Source of the DNA: Patescibacteria group bacterium
GTDB lineage: Bacteria > Patescibacteriota > Microgenomatia > UBA8517
Assembly: GCA_042571305.1 (NCBI GenBank)
Contig: JBHPHS010000001.1
Coordinates: 2,781 to 66,780 of the forward strand
Length of the DNA stretch: 64,000 nt
Reading direction: 5' to 3'
Shown here piece by piece: positions 1 to 8,426 of this stretch; position 1 is the stretch's first letter, and every line of letters begins with the position of its first letter. The position numbers were made by a program, and so were the translations under genes. The notes beneath the pieces are model-generated. The model was given only the letters and a program-made list of their open reading frames with translations. It did not search any database and was not told the origin of the DNA.

Positions 1-1
1 G

Positions 2-490
2 GTGTTAGCATATGAAACAACCTCTGATGATTCAATTGAAAAAGGAGTCAGGGTATATGCATCACTTCCCAGCTCCTTTCCTTCGTTTTCTGGATATGCA
101 GAGTCATCTGATGCAAGAACTGAAATAATTAAAAACTATCTTAAAGAGAACAGATCACCTCTTGAGCCATATGCTTATCAAATAGTGGAATCTGCCGATA
201 GATACGATCTTGACTATAGACTGATTACCGCAATTGCCCAAAAAGAATCAAATCTATGTAAAGTTATTCCACCTTCATCATACAACTGCTGGGGATGGGG
301 GATACACTCAAAAGGTACACTCGGATTTTCCTCATTTGAAGAAGGAATTGAAACAGTTTCCAAAGGAATTAAGCTAAATTATATAGACAAAGGATATGCA
401 ACGGTTGAAGAGATAATGAGCAAATATACTCCTTTGTCTAAAGGCTCCTGGGCGGAAGGGGTTAACCGTTTTATGGATGAGATGCAGTAA
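2..490 (+). CDS. Lysozyme-like/glucosaminidase-domain protein (5' partial)
   Basis: SPL..Y..IVESADRYDLDYRLITAIAQKES..YNCWGWG pattern of lysozyme-fold hydrolases; paralog of 1415..1945. Confidence 0.7.
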   Translation: MLAYETTSDDSIEKGVRVYASLPSSFPSFSGYAESSDARTEIIKNYLKENRSPLEPYAYQIVESADRYDLDYRLITAIAQKESNLCKVIPPSSYNCWGWGIHSKGTLGFSSFEEGIETVSKGIKLNYIDKGYATVEEIMSKYTPLSKGSWAEGVNRFMDEMQ

Positions 491-509
491 GGAGGTATAA
501 TGTGACTTC

Positions 510-1268
510 ATGAGCACCTACTACGATAACTACGATTATCCAGCCTACTGGGAAGGAAGAGATTATGAGCACAAGTCAGAAATAATCGCCCTTAAAAGTT
601 TGCTTGAAAAGGTTCCTAAAATTCACACCGTAGTTGATGTAGGCGCAGGTTATGGCAGGTTAACTCCTTACTATGGTTATAGAGCCAAAAACATTATCCT
701 GTCGGATCCTTCTTCAAAACTTCTTTCTCTTGCAAGAAAAGCATTAAAAAACAAAAAAAACATTAGCTTTATTCCGTGCTGTCTTAAAACTGTGGTTAAA
801 AAAGTAAAAGGTAAAAAGATAAACCTGGTTATTATGATTAGGGTACTTCATCATCTTGACAACCTTGATAAAGCTTTTGCCCAAATTAATAAAACTCTAA
901 GACCTAACGGTTTTCTAATTCTTGAGTTTGCCAATAAAAGTCATTTTAAGGCAACCATATCTCAAATGTTTAAAGGAAACCTTACCTTTCCTATTGACAT
1001 CTTTCCCTCTGATTTAAGAAGTAAAAAGTCAAAAAAAGACAAATGTATACCCTTTTCAAATTACCATCCTGAAGAAATAAACAAAAAACTAACAGATAAC
1101 GGCTTTGAAATAATTGAAAAAAGGAGTGTCTCAAATATCAGAAGCACACTATTAAAAAGTATTATACCTATAGATATTCTTTTATACCTTGAGGATAAAC
1201 TTCAAATTTTATTATCCAGATATAACTTTGGTCCTTCTATTTTTCTTCTAGCCCAGAAAATGGGTTAA
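510..1268 (+). CDS. Class I SAM-dependent methyltransferase
   Basis: VVDVGAGYGR motif I, VLHHL, LRPNGFLILE. Confidence 0.85.
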   Translation: MSTYYDNYDYPAYWEGRDYEHKSEIIALKSLLEKVPKIHTVVDVGAGYGRLTPYYGYRAKNIILSDPSSKLLSLARKALKNKKNISFIPCCLKTVVKKVKGKKINLVIMIRVLHHLDNLDKAFAQINKTLRPNGFLILEFANKSHFKATISQMFKGNLTFPIDIFPSDLRSKKSKKDKCIPFSNYHPEEINKKLTDNGFEIIEKRSVSNIRSTLLKSIIPIDILLYLEDKLQILLSRYNFGPSIFLLAQKMG

Positions 1269-1281
1269 TACTCTCCAAGGC

Positions 1282-1310
1282 TTGACAAACCTATAATGTT
1301 ATGATATAGT
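1282..1310 (+). promoter_or_regulatory. Sigma70-type promoter
   Basis: TTGACA (1282-1287), 17 bp spacer, TG-n-TATAGT (1305-1310). Confidence 0.75.
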
Positions 1311-1316
1311 TCGCAT

Positions 1317-1396
1317 CACGTTTCAAGGCAAGCATGGTTACATGTCGAGCGTTGAAATTTTCCTGGGGGAGTACTTTACGGTACTCCCTCTTTTTT
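1317..1396 (+). ncRNA. Candidate ~80 nt structured leader or small RNA
   Basis: Follows the promoter; hairpin TTTCAA..GCATG-GTTA-CATGT..TTGAAA (1321-1356), then an intrinsic terminator. Confidence 0.45.
1365..1396 (+). terminator. Rho-independent terminator upstream of a CDS
   Basis: GGGGGAGTAC-TTTACG-GTACTCCCTC 10-bp stem followed by T6. Confidence 0.8.
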
Positions 1397-1414
1397 GCTT
1401 AAGAGGCCAATTAT

Positions 1415-1945
1415 ATGAAAAAAGCAATCTATATTTCAATACTAATTTTGATCCTTGTTCTTATTAGTCCTAAATTAATAAGAGCTGAGGCTAACGTGGC
1501 AGAAAGATCGGCTTTACTTAAATCTCAAATTTCACAGGATAGTTATGATATAAGGGTAGAAATACTTAAAAACTATCTTCAAAAACACAACTCTCCCTTA
1601 GCGGATTATGCAAAGGAGCTTGTTGATTATGCAGATACCTATGAACTTGACTGGAGGATGGTTGCTGCAATCTCGGGTGTTGAGTCAACCTTTGGAAAAA
1701 GAATTCCACAAGGTTCATACAACGCCTATGGATGGGCAAATGGAAATTATCAATTTGAATCCTGGGATGATTCTATTGAGATCGTTTCAAAAACCTTAAA
1801 AGAAAAATACATTGAAAAAGGAGCGGTGAGTATTTCCCAAATTGCAAGACGTTATGCACCTCCATCTTCAACTTGGAGTTATAAGGTAAAGTATTTTATG
1901 AATAAGATAGATCCTTTAGCTGTTTCTTTTACTCTTGAGGTATAA
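1415..1945 (+). CDS. Secreted lysozyme-like/glucosaminidase-domain protein
   Basis: N-terminal signal peptide; SPLADYA..ADTYELDWRMVAAISGVES..YNAYGW. Confidence 0.7.
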   Translation: MKKAIYISILILILVLISPKLIRAEANVAERSALLKSQISQDSYDIRVEILKNYLQKHNSPLADYAKELVDYADTYELDWRMVAAISGVESTFGKRIPQGSYNAYGWANGNYQFESWDDSIEIVSKTLKEKYIEKGAVSISQIARRYAPPSSTWSYKVKYFMNKIDPLAVSFTLEV

Positions 1946-1956
1946 TATAAACTTAA

Positions 1957-2041
1957 GCAGATGTGGCGGAATTGGCAGACGCGCAGGATTTAGGATCCTG
2001 TGGGATAATATCCTGTAGAGGTTCGAGTCCTCTCATCTGCA
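1957..2041 (+). tRNA. tRNA-Leu(TAG)
   Basis: Acceptor GCAGATG/CATCTGC, anticodon arm CAGGA-TTTAGGA-TCCTG, long variable arm, GTTCGAG T-loop; CCA not encoded. Confidence 0.95.
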
Positions 2042-2067
2042 CAGATAAAAAAGTATATAATAAATTA

Positions 2068-2232
2068 ATGAGTGTTAAACCTATTCATATTCACTGTGGT
2101 AGATTAGGTACAAAAAAAAGTTTTTTTCTTCTCTTTGTTCCAATAATTGCATTTGTAACTCTATTGACTGTATTGTGGTTTAGATTTGACAGAAGCGAGA
2201 GTGTTCTTAGTTCCCAGACACAAAATCCCTAA
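2068..2232 (+). CDS. Small single-TM protein (54 aa)
   Basis: ATG 2068 a few nt after TATAAT; hydrophobic FFLLFVPIIAFVTLLTVLWF; the track ORF start at 1963 lies inside the tRNA. Confidence 0.55.
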   Translation: MSVKPIHIHCGRLGTKKSFFLLFVPIIAFVTLLTVLWFRFDRSESVLSSQTQNP

Positions 2233-2241
2233 ATAAAGATT

Positions 2242-2742
2242 ATGTTTAAACAGATATTCCTTCCTATCCTTGCAACCATTGCCTTTATTATATTGGTAGG
2301 ATTTTTATCTCAATCGTCAAATAATTCAAACTTTAACCTGCTATCAATAGCTTCCCCTTCTCCAACTTTCTACGAAATGACAGTTGGTGAAACCAAGGTT
2401 GATGTTGAAATTGCTAAAACTCAAAAGGAAAGACAGGTTGGTTTATCAAACCGCAGCTCACTTGATGAGAATAAAGGGATGCTTTTTGTTTTTGAAAAAA
2501 ATGTTACTCCTGTTTTCTGGATGAAAGATACCCAAATTGCACTTGATCTTATTTGGATTAAGGACGGGATGGTTATTGACATAACCAAGAATGTTCAACC
2601 TGAACCCGGGATTCCTGATGATAAACTAACGAGATATAATCCAGATGGGTTTGTTGATTATGTCCTAGAGGTTAACGGCGGATTTTCAGATAAATACTCC
2701 CTTAAGATAGGGGAGCCTGTACAAATTCCTCCAATTCCTTAA
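2242..2742 (+). CDS. DUF192 domain protein
   Basis: VEIAKT..GLS.R..GMLFVF..FWMKDT..LDLIWI..YVLEVNGG. Confidence 0.9.
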   Translation: MFKQIFLPILATIAFIILVGFLSQSSNNSNFNLLSIASPSPTFYEMTVGETKVDVEIAKTQKERQVGLSNRSSLDENKGMLFVFEKNVTPVFWMKDTQIALDLIWIKDGMVIDITKNVQPEPGIPDDKLTRYNPDGFVDYVLEVNGGFSDKYSLKIGEPVQIPPIP

Positions 2743-3937
2743 CGCTTCCGAAGGCAATTCTGTCAGGAACCAAATCATTAGTTCCCAGCATTTTTGCGGA
2801 TGTTACACAAAATATTCCCCAACGTTTATTTAGAGAATCTACCGCCTCGGTGAGACTTTTTTTCTTGTCTACATCTTCAAAAAGATCAAGCTGAAGAGCT
2901 TGGGATGAAACCAAATTAAAAACAGAGATGGCCAAACTGGCAACTGGTTTTTTAAAGGGACAAACTTGTAAAATTCTCAGGGCTTCTTTAAAAAAATCTC
3001 TAGAATCAAACAAAACCCTAGCCGTTTTTGTCCCTTTGTGCCAATAGGTTTGGTCCTTAAATCCCAGGCTAAGATGCACCCCTTGGGCTTTATACCCAGC
3101 TTCCCTTAAGCGCATTCCCATTTTCTGGGTAAGCTTGGCCAATATTGGTAAAAACTCTCTTTTGTCATAAGCTGCCTTTGGAAGAACGTAAGAATTACCA
3201 AAACTTCCCCTTGTAGAAGCTACATCATCTATCTCATAACCATGTAGCCTTAAATGCCAATAATAGCCCACAATTGAACCAAAAGCGGCCCTAAGCTTCC
3301 AAACAGGCGCTTGATAGAAATCCCAGGGTGTATAAATACCCACCCCCTGCAGCCTCGTTGCATTTTGAAATTTAATTCCACAAAAATCAGTTAAGGAAAG
3401 ATCGGCATAAACCTTAGCAAAATTATGCTTGTCTATTTGCCTTAATCCGTCCGGTTTTTGCAAGTTTGAAGCGGTTTTGGCCAAAAATCTGTTTGTTGAA
3501 ATACCGATTGAAACGCTTATGTACTCACCAATATCTGCCTTTATTCTCTGTTTTATTTCTTTGGCAATTTCAAACATACTCCCTTTAACTTTGGGCTCAA
3601 GTACAAACTCATCTATGGATTTGGGATAAACCTCATCTGAATAATTACAAAGCAAATTTTTCAGCTTTAAATGAATGTTTCTGTATTTGTCGGGGTCAGG
3701 AAGAAGAACTGTTAGTTTCGGACAAACTCCCTTTGCAGCCCTAACCCTCATTCCTGTTTTTATGCCTAATCTTTTTGCTTCAGTGGAAGCCGCCAGAACA
3801 CATCCCGAAGGACCAAGATATGCGGCAACCGCAACAGGCTTTCCCCGAAGCAGGGGATTTGCCTGCTGTTCACAGGTTGCAAAGCAGGAATTGATGTCAA
3901 TATGCATTATCTTAGGTTGTATAGGGTTAAAATTCAT
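2702..3937 (-). CDS. dinB: Y-family DNA polymerase IV
   Basis: HIDINSCFATCEQ, SIDE, AKTAS..KPDG; start moved to ATG 3937. Confidence 0.92.
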   Translation of the reverse strand: MNFNPIQPKIMHIDINSCFATCEQQANPLLRGKPVAVAAYLGPSGCVLAASTEAKRLGIKTGMRVRAAKGVCPKLTVLLPDPDKYRNIHLKLKNLLCNYSDEVYPKSIDEFVLEPKVKGSMFEIAKEIKQRIKADIGEYISVSIGISTNRFLAKTASNLQKPDGLRQIDKHNFAKVYADLSLTDFCGIKFQNATRLQGVGIYTPWDFYQAPVWKLRAAFGSIVGYYWHLRLHGYEIDDVASTRGSFGNSYVLPKAAYDKREFLPILAKLTQKMGMRLREAGYKAQGVHLSLGFKDQTYWHKGTKTARVLFDSRDFFKEALRILQVCPFKKPVASLAISVFNLVSSQALQLDLFEDVDKKKSLTEAVDSLNKRWGIFCVTSAKMLGTNDLVPDRIAFGSVKELEEFVQAPLS

Positions 3938-4160
3938 CTGACACCTCCTCAAGGACCCACTTAAGACTCTGGGTATTTAGCTTAAGTTTCAAAAAGAGTG
4001 TCCCACTAACAACCGAGAATATATGAATTAAGATTGATCCCTCCCAAAAACTGTGATGAAAACCAACTTTGTCTATTTTATAAACTCTTCCCCTCCAGGC
4101 AACCCATTTAGGAGAAGAGCTTAATCCTACCTCAACAGGTTCTGATATTGTCTCACTCAT
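3927..4160 (-). CDS. Small DinB-associated protein (DUF6504-like)
   Basis: PKWVAWRGRVYKI..W..W pattern; overlaps the dinB start. Confidence 0.6.
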   Translation of the reverse strand: MSETISEPVEVGLSSSPKWVAWRGRVYKIDKVGFHHSFWEGSILIHIFSVVSGTLFLKLKLNTQSLKWVLEEVSDEF

Positions 4161-4176
4161 ATATCTTATTTAACAA

Positions 4177-4197
4177 CCTAATAAAACCCGAAGTCAA
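4177..4197 (-). promoter_or_regulatory. Candidate LexA (SOS) direct-repeat box overlapping the dinB-operon promoter
   Basis: Minus strand TTGACT (-35) running into TTCGG-GTTTTA-TTAGG. Confidence 0.55.
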
Positions 4198-4243
4198 GAG
4201 GATTTTCTTGTAGAGAAAGCTAAAATCATTTAAACTTTTATTG

Positions 4244-5620
4244 ATGAAGGATCTTCCCAAACCCCCCTCTCTTAGAAAACTTCTTGGTCCAAGTTTTATC
4301 TTGTTAGGACTGGGTTTAGGAAGCGGGGAATTAATTCTTTGGCCTTATCTTGCTTCTAGGTTCGGTATGGGAATTATCTGGGGTGCAATCTTAGGAATAA
4401 CCTTTCAGTTTTTCATCAACATGGAGATAGAAAGATATGCCTTAATTACCGGTGAGAGTATCTTTGTGGGATTGGCAAGAAAACTAAAGAAGGTTTCTCC
4501 TGTTTGGTTTATTGTATCCACCATTATTCCTTGGATGTGGCCGGGGATTGTTGCTTCCTCAGCCGTTCTTTTAGCAAGCATCTTTGGTATTAAGTATTCA
4601 CCCATCATACCCATTGCCCTTCTTGTGTTTATAGGTATAGTTTTGACACTAGGACCCATCATCTACAAAACTCAGGAGGTATTCCAAAGAACACTGGTCC
4701 TTGTTAGTGTTCCTTTTATTTTTATTCTTGCGATTATCTTTGCCAAGGCACCTGACTGGCAAGCTTTAGCACATGGAATAATCGGAAAAGGAATTGATTT
4801 TTGGTTTTTGCCAAGTGGAATTTCCTTGGCTGCCTTTTTGGGTGCATTTGCCTATTCGGGTGCTGGTGGTAATCTGAATTTGGCACAATCTTTTTATATC
4901 AAAGAAAAAGGATACGGCATGGGAAAGTTTTCCGGAAGAATAACCAGTATCTTAACAGGAAAAAAGGAAAATCTGACACTTAAAGGAACTACTTTTAAGA
5001 TTACTCCCAAAAACCTTAAGCGCTTTAAAGCTTGGTGGAGACGCATCAACATTGAGCATGCTTTGGTATTTTGGGCAACTGGTGCCTTAACCATGGTAAT
5101 GCTTAGCTTTTTAGCATATACAACTGTCTTTAACTCAAATGAAACAATCGAAGGAATTGGTTTTATCTTAAAAGAAGGCTTATTTATCGGCCAACATACA
5201 CTACCTTTTGTAGGCATCTTTTTTGTATTAATTGCCGCTTTAATGCTTTTTTCAACCCAGTTTTCGATTCTTGATGCAACCAGCAGAATTTTGTCTGAAA
5301 ATATAATAATCTTTTCACCTAAGGTATTTAAAATTAGCTCACTTCCTAAATATTACTACACCTTTTTATGGCTACAGATTAGCTTGGGGGTATTGATATT
5401 TTCTTTAGGGGTAACCCAACCTTTTACCTTAATAGTAATTGGTGCGGTACTTAACGCAATTGCCATGTTTGTTTTTAGCGGGCTTGTCTTGTGGTTAAAC
5501 AAAACAAGGCTTAAAAAACCCCTAAGGCCTAATTTCATAAGAAGCTTTCTTGTAATTTTTGCAATTATCTTCTACGGAGTCTTTAGTGCAATTACCGTTT
5601 CTGGATATATATTCAAATGA
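4244..5620 (+). CDS. Nramp-like divalent metal transporter
   Basis: LGPSFILLGLGLGSGELILWP, EIERY..TGE; many TM segments. Confidence 0.8.
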   Translation: MKDLPKPPSLRKLLGPSFILLGLGLGSGELILWPYLASRFGMGIIWGAILGITFQFFINMEIERYALITGESIFVGLARKLKKVSPVWFIVSTIIPWMWPGIVASSAVLLASIFGIKYSPIIPIALLVFIGIVLTLGPIIYKTQEVFQRTLVLVSVPFIFILAIIFAKAPDWQALAHGIIGKGIDFWFLPSGISLAAFLGAFAYSGAGGNLNLAQSFYIKEKGYGMGKFSGRITSILTGKKENLTLKGTTFKITPKNLKRFKAWWRRINIEHALVFWATGALTMVMLSFLAYTTVFNSNETIEGIGFILKEGLFIGQHTLPFVGIFFVLIAALMLFSTQFSILDATSRILSENIIIFSPKVFKISSLPKYYYTFLWLQISLGVLIFSLGVTQPFTLIVIGAVLNAIAMFVFSGLVLWLNKTRLKKPLRPNFIRSFLVIFAIIFYGVFSAITVSGYIFK

Positions 5621-6606
5621 AGAAGATTTTCATAAGTTTTGTAATTTGTATTTTGTTGGTTGTCATGGGATGGTACCTAAATCAACTTTACAACAGTATT
5701 GGTGAGTCTGATTCTCAGGTAATTAATGTAATCAAACCCAGACCACTGGATAAATACACTATTGAGAATTTATCCAAAACCAAATACGAAGCAACTCCAA
5801 TTGAAAGAATGGAGGTTATTAACGAATATCCAAAATTTACCTCTTATAAGATTTTTATAAATATCGATGAGAAGAAGGTCTCGGGACTTATCAATATTCC
5901 CAAGGCAAAAGGGCAATTTCCGATAATTGTTATGTTTAGGGGATATGTTGATGTTAATCAGTACCAAACCGGTACAGGAACACAACATTCAGGAGAGGTT
6001 TTTGCAAACAACGGCTATATCACAATTGCACCTGATTTTTTGGGTTATGCAGATTCAGACCGTGAATCCGAAAATGTCTTTGAAGCAAGATTCCAAACCT
6101 ACACTACAGCACTAGCAATTCTTTCCTCAGTTAAAACAATCCCTGAATGGGACGGGGAAAACATCTTTATCTGGGGACATAGTAATGGTGGTCAAATTGC
6201 TTTAACAATCCTTGAAATAACGGGGCAAGCCTACCCTACGGTTCTTTGGGCACCTGTATCCAAACCATTTCCATACTCAGTTCTATACTACACCGATGAA
6301 GCAGATGATAAAGGAAAATTCTTAAGAGCTGAACTTGCTAATTTTGAGGATACTTACGATACGGATCTTTACTCAATACATACTTATCTTGACAAAATTA
6401 CAGCACCAATTTTACTGCAACAAGGAACTTTAGATGATGCGGTACCTGTGTCATGGAGTGATTGGCTTAACGACACGCTTAAAAAACAGGAAAAAGATAT
6501 AACTTACATAACCTACCCAGGAGCTGATCATAATATGACACCTTCTTGGAACAATGTAGTTGTTAGGGATTTACAATTTTATAGAAATCATATTAAAATG
6601 AATTAA
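5617..6606 (+). CDS. Membrane-anchored alpha/beta hydrolase (peptidase S9-like)
   Basis: WGHSNGG nucleophile, GTLDDAV Asp, GADHN His. Confidence 0.85.
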   Translation: MKKIFISFVICILLVVMGWYLNQLYNSIGESDSQVINVIKPRPLDKYTIENLSKTKYEATPIERMEVINEYPKFTSYKIFINIDEKKVSGLINIPKAKGQFPIIVMFRGYVDVNQYQTGTGTQHSGEVFANNGYITIAPDFLGYADSDRESENVFEARFQTYTTALAILSSVKTIPEWDGENIFIWGHSNGGQIALTILEITGQAYPTVLWAPVSKPFPYSVLYYTDEADDKGKFLRAELANFEDTYDTDLYSIHTYLDKITAPILLQQGTLDDAVPVSWSDWLNDTLKKQEKDITYITYPGADHNMTPSWNNVVVRDLQFYRNHIKMN

Positions 6607-6944
6607 TGAGACTAATAATAAGGTTGGCCATAAACGTTTTTGCGCTTCTTGTCGTTGAATATCTAGTTCCTGGGTTTATTTTAAGGGATTATTGGACAGC
6701 TATTGTTGCTGCTGTCGTTATTGGTGTTGTTAATACTTTCATTAAACCGGTTTTGCAGGTTGTTGCACTGCCTATTTCCATTCTAACCTTTGGAATATTT
6801 GCTTTTCTAATTAACGTACTATTGCTTTGGGGAACTTCAATGTTTGTACCAGGCTTTGAAATTGCGAGCTTTGAGACTGCAATTATTGCATCAATCGTGC
6901 TTTCTTTGGTTTCTTGGTTTCTTCACAAATTAGCATCAAACTAG
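6606..6944 (+). CDS. YvlD-like 4-TM membrane protein (holin superfamily IV)
   Basis: GVVNTFIKP..LPISILTFGIF.F.IN. Confidence 0.85.
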   Translation: MRLIIRLAINVFALLVVEYLVPGFILRDYWTAIVAAVVIGVVNTFIKPVLQVVALPISILTFGIFAFLINVLLLWGTSMFVPGFEIASFETAIIASIVLSLVSWFLHKLASN

Positions 6945-7015
6945 TTTAAACTACTAAAACCCCGCTTCCTAAACTTACATCTGGAAATACTCATGCAAGA
7001 TTTAATCTTGCCTAT

Positions 7016-7273
7016 TTAACGGGGTTCCATCGGTTTTGCCTCGTTTACGTTAATCTTGCGACCCTTAAGGTCTGATCCGTTTATTTTTTCAATTGCTGCT
7101 TTAGCCTCATCATCTGAGCTCATTTCAACAAAACCGAATCCACGGCTTCTTCCGGACATTTTGTCCATGATTACAACCGCATCAACAACACTACCAACCT
7201 GTGCAAATGCTTGCTTTAAATCATCACCTGTTACGGTATAGTCAAGATTGCCAACAAAAAGTTTAGCTGCCAT
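7016..7273 (-). CDS. RRM RNA-binding protein
   Basis: RNP2 LFVGNL, RNP1 RGFGFVEM. Confidence 0.95.
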   Translation of the reverse strand: MAAKLFVGNLDYTVTGDDLKQAFAQVGSVVDAVVIMDKMSGRSRGFGFVEMSSDDEAKAAIEKINGSDLKGRKINVNEAKPMEPR

Positions 7274-7296
7274 ATTTATTTACTTAAAGAAATTTT

Positions 7297-7339
7297 TCAC
7301 CTCCTTTCTCATTTTTAACTTTCTTTCGTTAAAAGGAGG
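7297..7339 (-). promoter_or_regulatory. SD-sequestering hairpin in the 5' UTR of the RRM gene
   Basis: Minus strand CCTCCTTT (7339-7332) complementary to AAAGGAGG (7307-7300), with inner stem TTTTAAC/GTTAAAA. Confidence 0.5.
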
Positions 7340-7410
7340 ATTACTTACTTATCGAAGTTTCTCACTCTCTTTCACTTAAAGATAAAGTCAATGTATTATA
7401 TAATAGGTAA

Positions 7411-7560
7411 ATGAAAAAATATATCAAGAAAAAGAAAGGTCCTACACTTGGCTTTAGAACTCCTGATTTTTTCAAGGAAAGTAATTTTAGCGGTAAAAGG
7501 GCAGGGTCTAAATTTAATCAGTCACGGTTTAGGATTCAGCATAAAAGCGGTGGACATTAA
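7411..7560 (+). CDS. Small basic protein (49 aa), below the ORF-track cutoff
   Basis: MKKYIKKKKGPTLGFRTPDFF..KFNQSRFRIQHKSGGH; TATAAT 6 nt before ATG; fills the gap before tig. Confidence 0.55.
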   Translation: MKKYIKKKKGPTLGFRTPDFFKESNFSGKRAGSKFNQSRFRIQHKSGGH

Positions 7561-7581
7561 AATGTGCTAAAATAGCCTCCT

Positions 7582-8412
7582 ATGATCACATCAACCATAG
7601 CCAAACAAGAAGACGGAAGTATACAAATAAACTTTGTTGTTCCTTTTTCTGAAATTAAACAAGCTCAGGATAAAACTATTGCCGAATATGCAAAAGAGGC
7701 TGAAATTCCCGGTTTTAGAAAGGGAAAGGCTCCTGTTTCCAAAGTTGCTGAAAAGATTCCACAAAATACATTAATCGAAAAGTCTCTTGCACAAATTCTA
7801 CCAAAAGCCCTTTCCGATGCAATAAAGAAACACGACATTAAACCTGCAATTTATCCTAGATTTGAGCTAATAAGTGCCAAAGAAAATCAAGATTGGCAAA
7901 TAAGAGCCGTTACCTGTGAGCTGCCTAAGGTTGAGTTGGGAGACTATAAAAAGATAATTCCAGGAGAAATCAGGGCTGCGAGTTTGAAAAAAGAGCTTTC
8001 CAAAGAAGAAAAAGAACAGCTTGTGATAAAAACCCTTCTTGAAAGTACTAAAATAAACATTCCAAGTGTTCTTGTTGAGGAAGAGGTTAACAGCCGCCTT
8101 TCTAGCCTTCTTTCAAGACTAGAAAAGCTGGGCCTTGCACTTGAAGGATATCTAAAATCATTAGGCAAAACCTCAGACCAGTTAAGGGATGAGTATGAAA
8201 AGGGTGCAAAGGATGCAATTTCCCTTGATTTGATTCTTAATAAAGTTGTCGAGGATCAAGATATTCAAGCTGACCCAAAGCAGGTTGAGGAGGCATTAAA
8301 GTTAAGAAAACAGGCAAATCCCAAAGAAGAGGATCGGGAAGGTCAAAAAAGACTGGTTGAATCCATTCTTAGAAGAAACTCAGCGCTTGAAAAATTGGTT
8401 AATTTGAGCTAA
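7582..8412 (+). CDS. tig: Trigger factor (ribosome-binding and C domains, no FKBP domain)
   Basis: IPGFRKGKAP signature; only 276 aa. Confidence 0.9.
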   Translation: MITSTIAKQEDGSIQINFVVPFSEIKQAQDKTIAEYAKEAEIPGFRKGKAPVSKVAEKIPQNTLIEKSLAQILPKALSDAIKKHDIKPAIYPRFELISAKENQDWQIRAVTCELPKVELGDYKKIIPGEIRAASLKKELSKEEKEQLVIKTLLESTKINIPSVLVEEEVNSRLSSLLSRLEKLGLALEGYLKSLGKTSDQLRDEYEKGAKDAISLDLILNKVVEDQDIQADPKQVEEALKLRKQANPKEEDREGQKRLVESILRRNSALEKLVNLS

Positions 8413-8426
8413 ACTGCCGCTATAAA

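Noticed and set aside
1963-2067. 5' part of track ORF 1963..2232, and ORF 62467..62727
   Set aside because: They translate tRNA-Leu genes (MAELADAQDLGS / MADAQVSKT artefacts).
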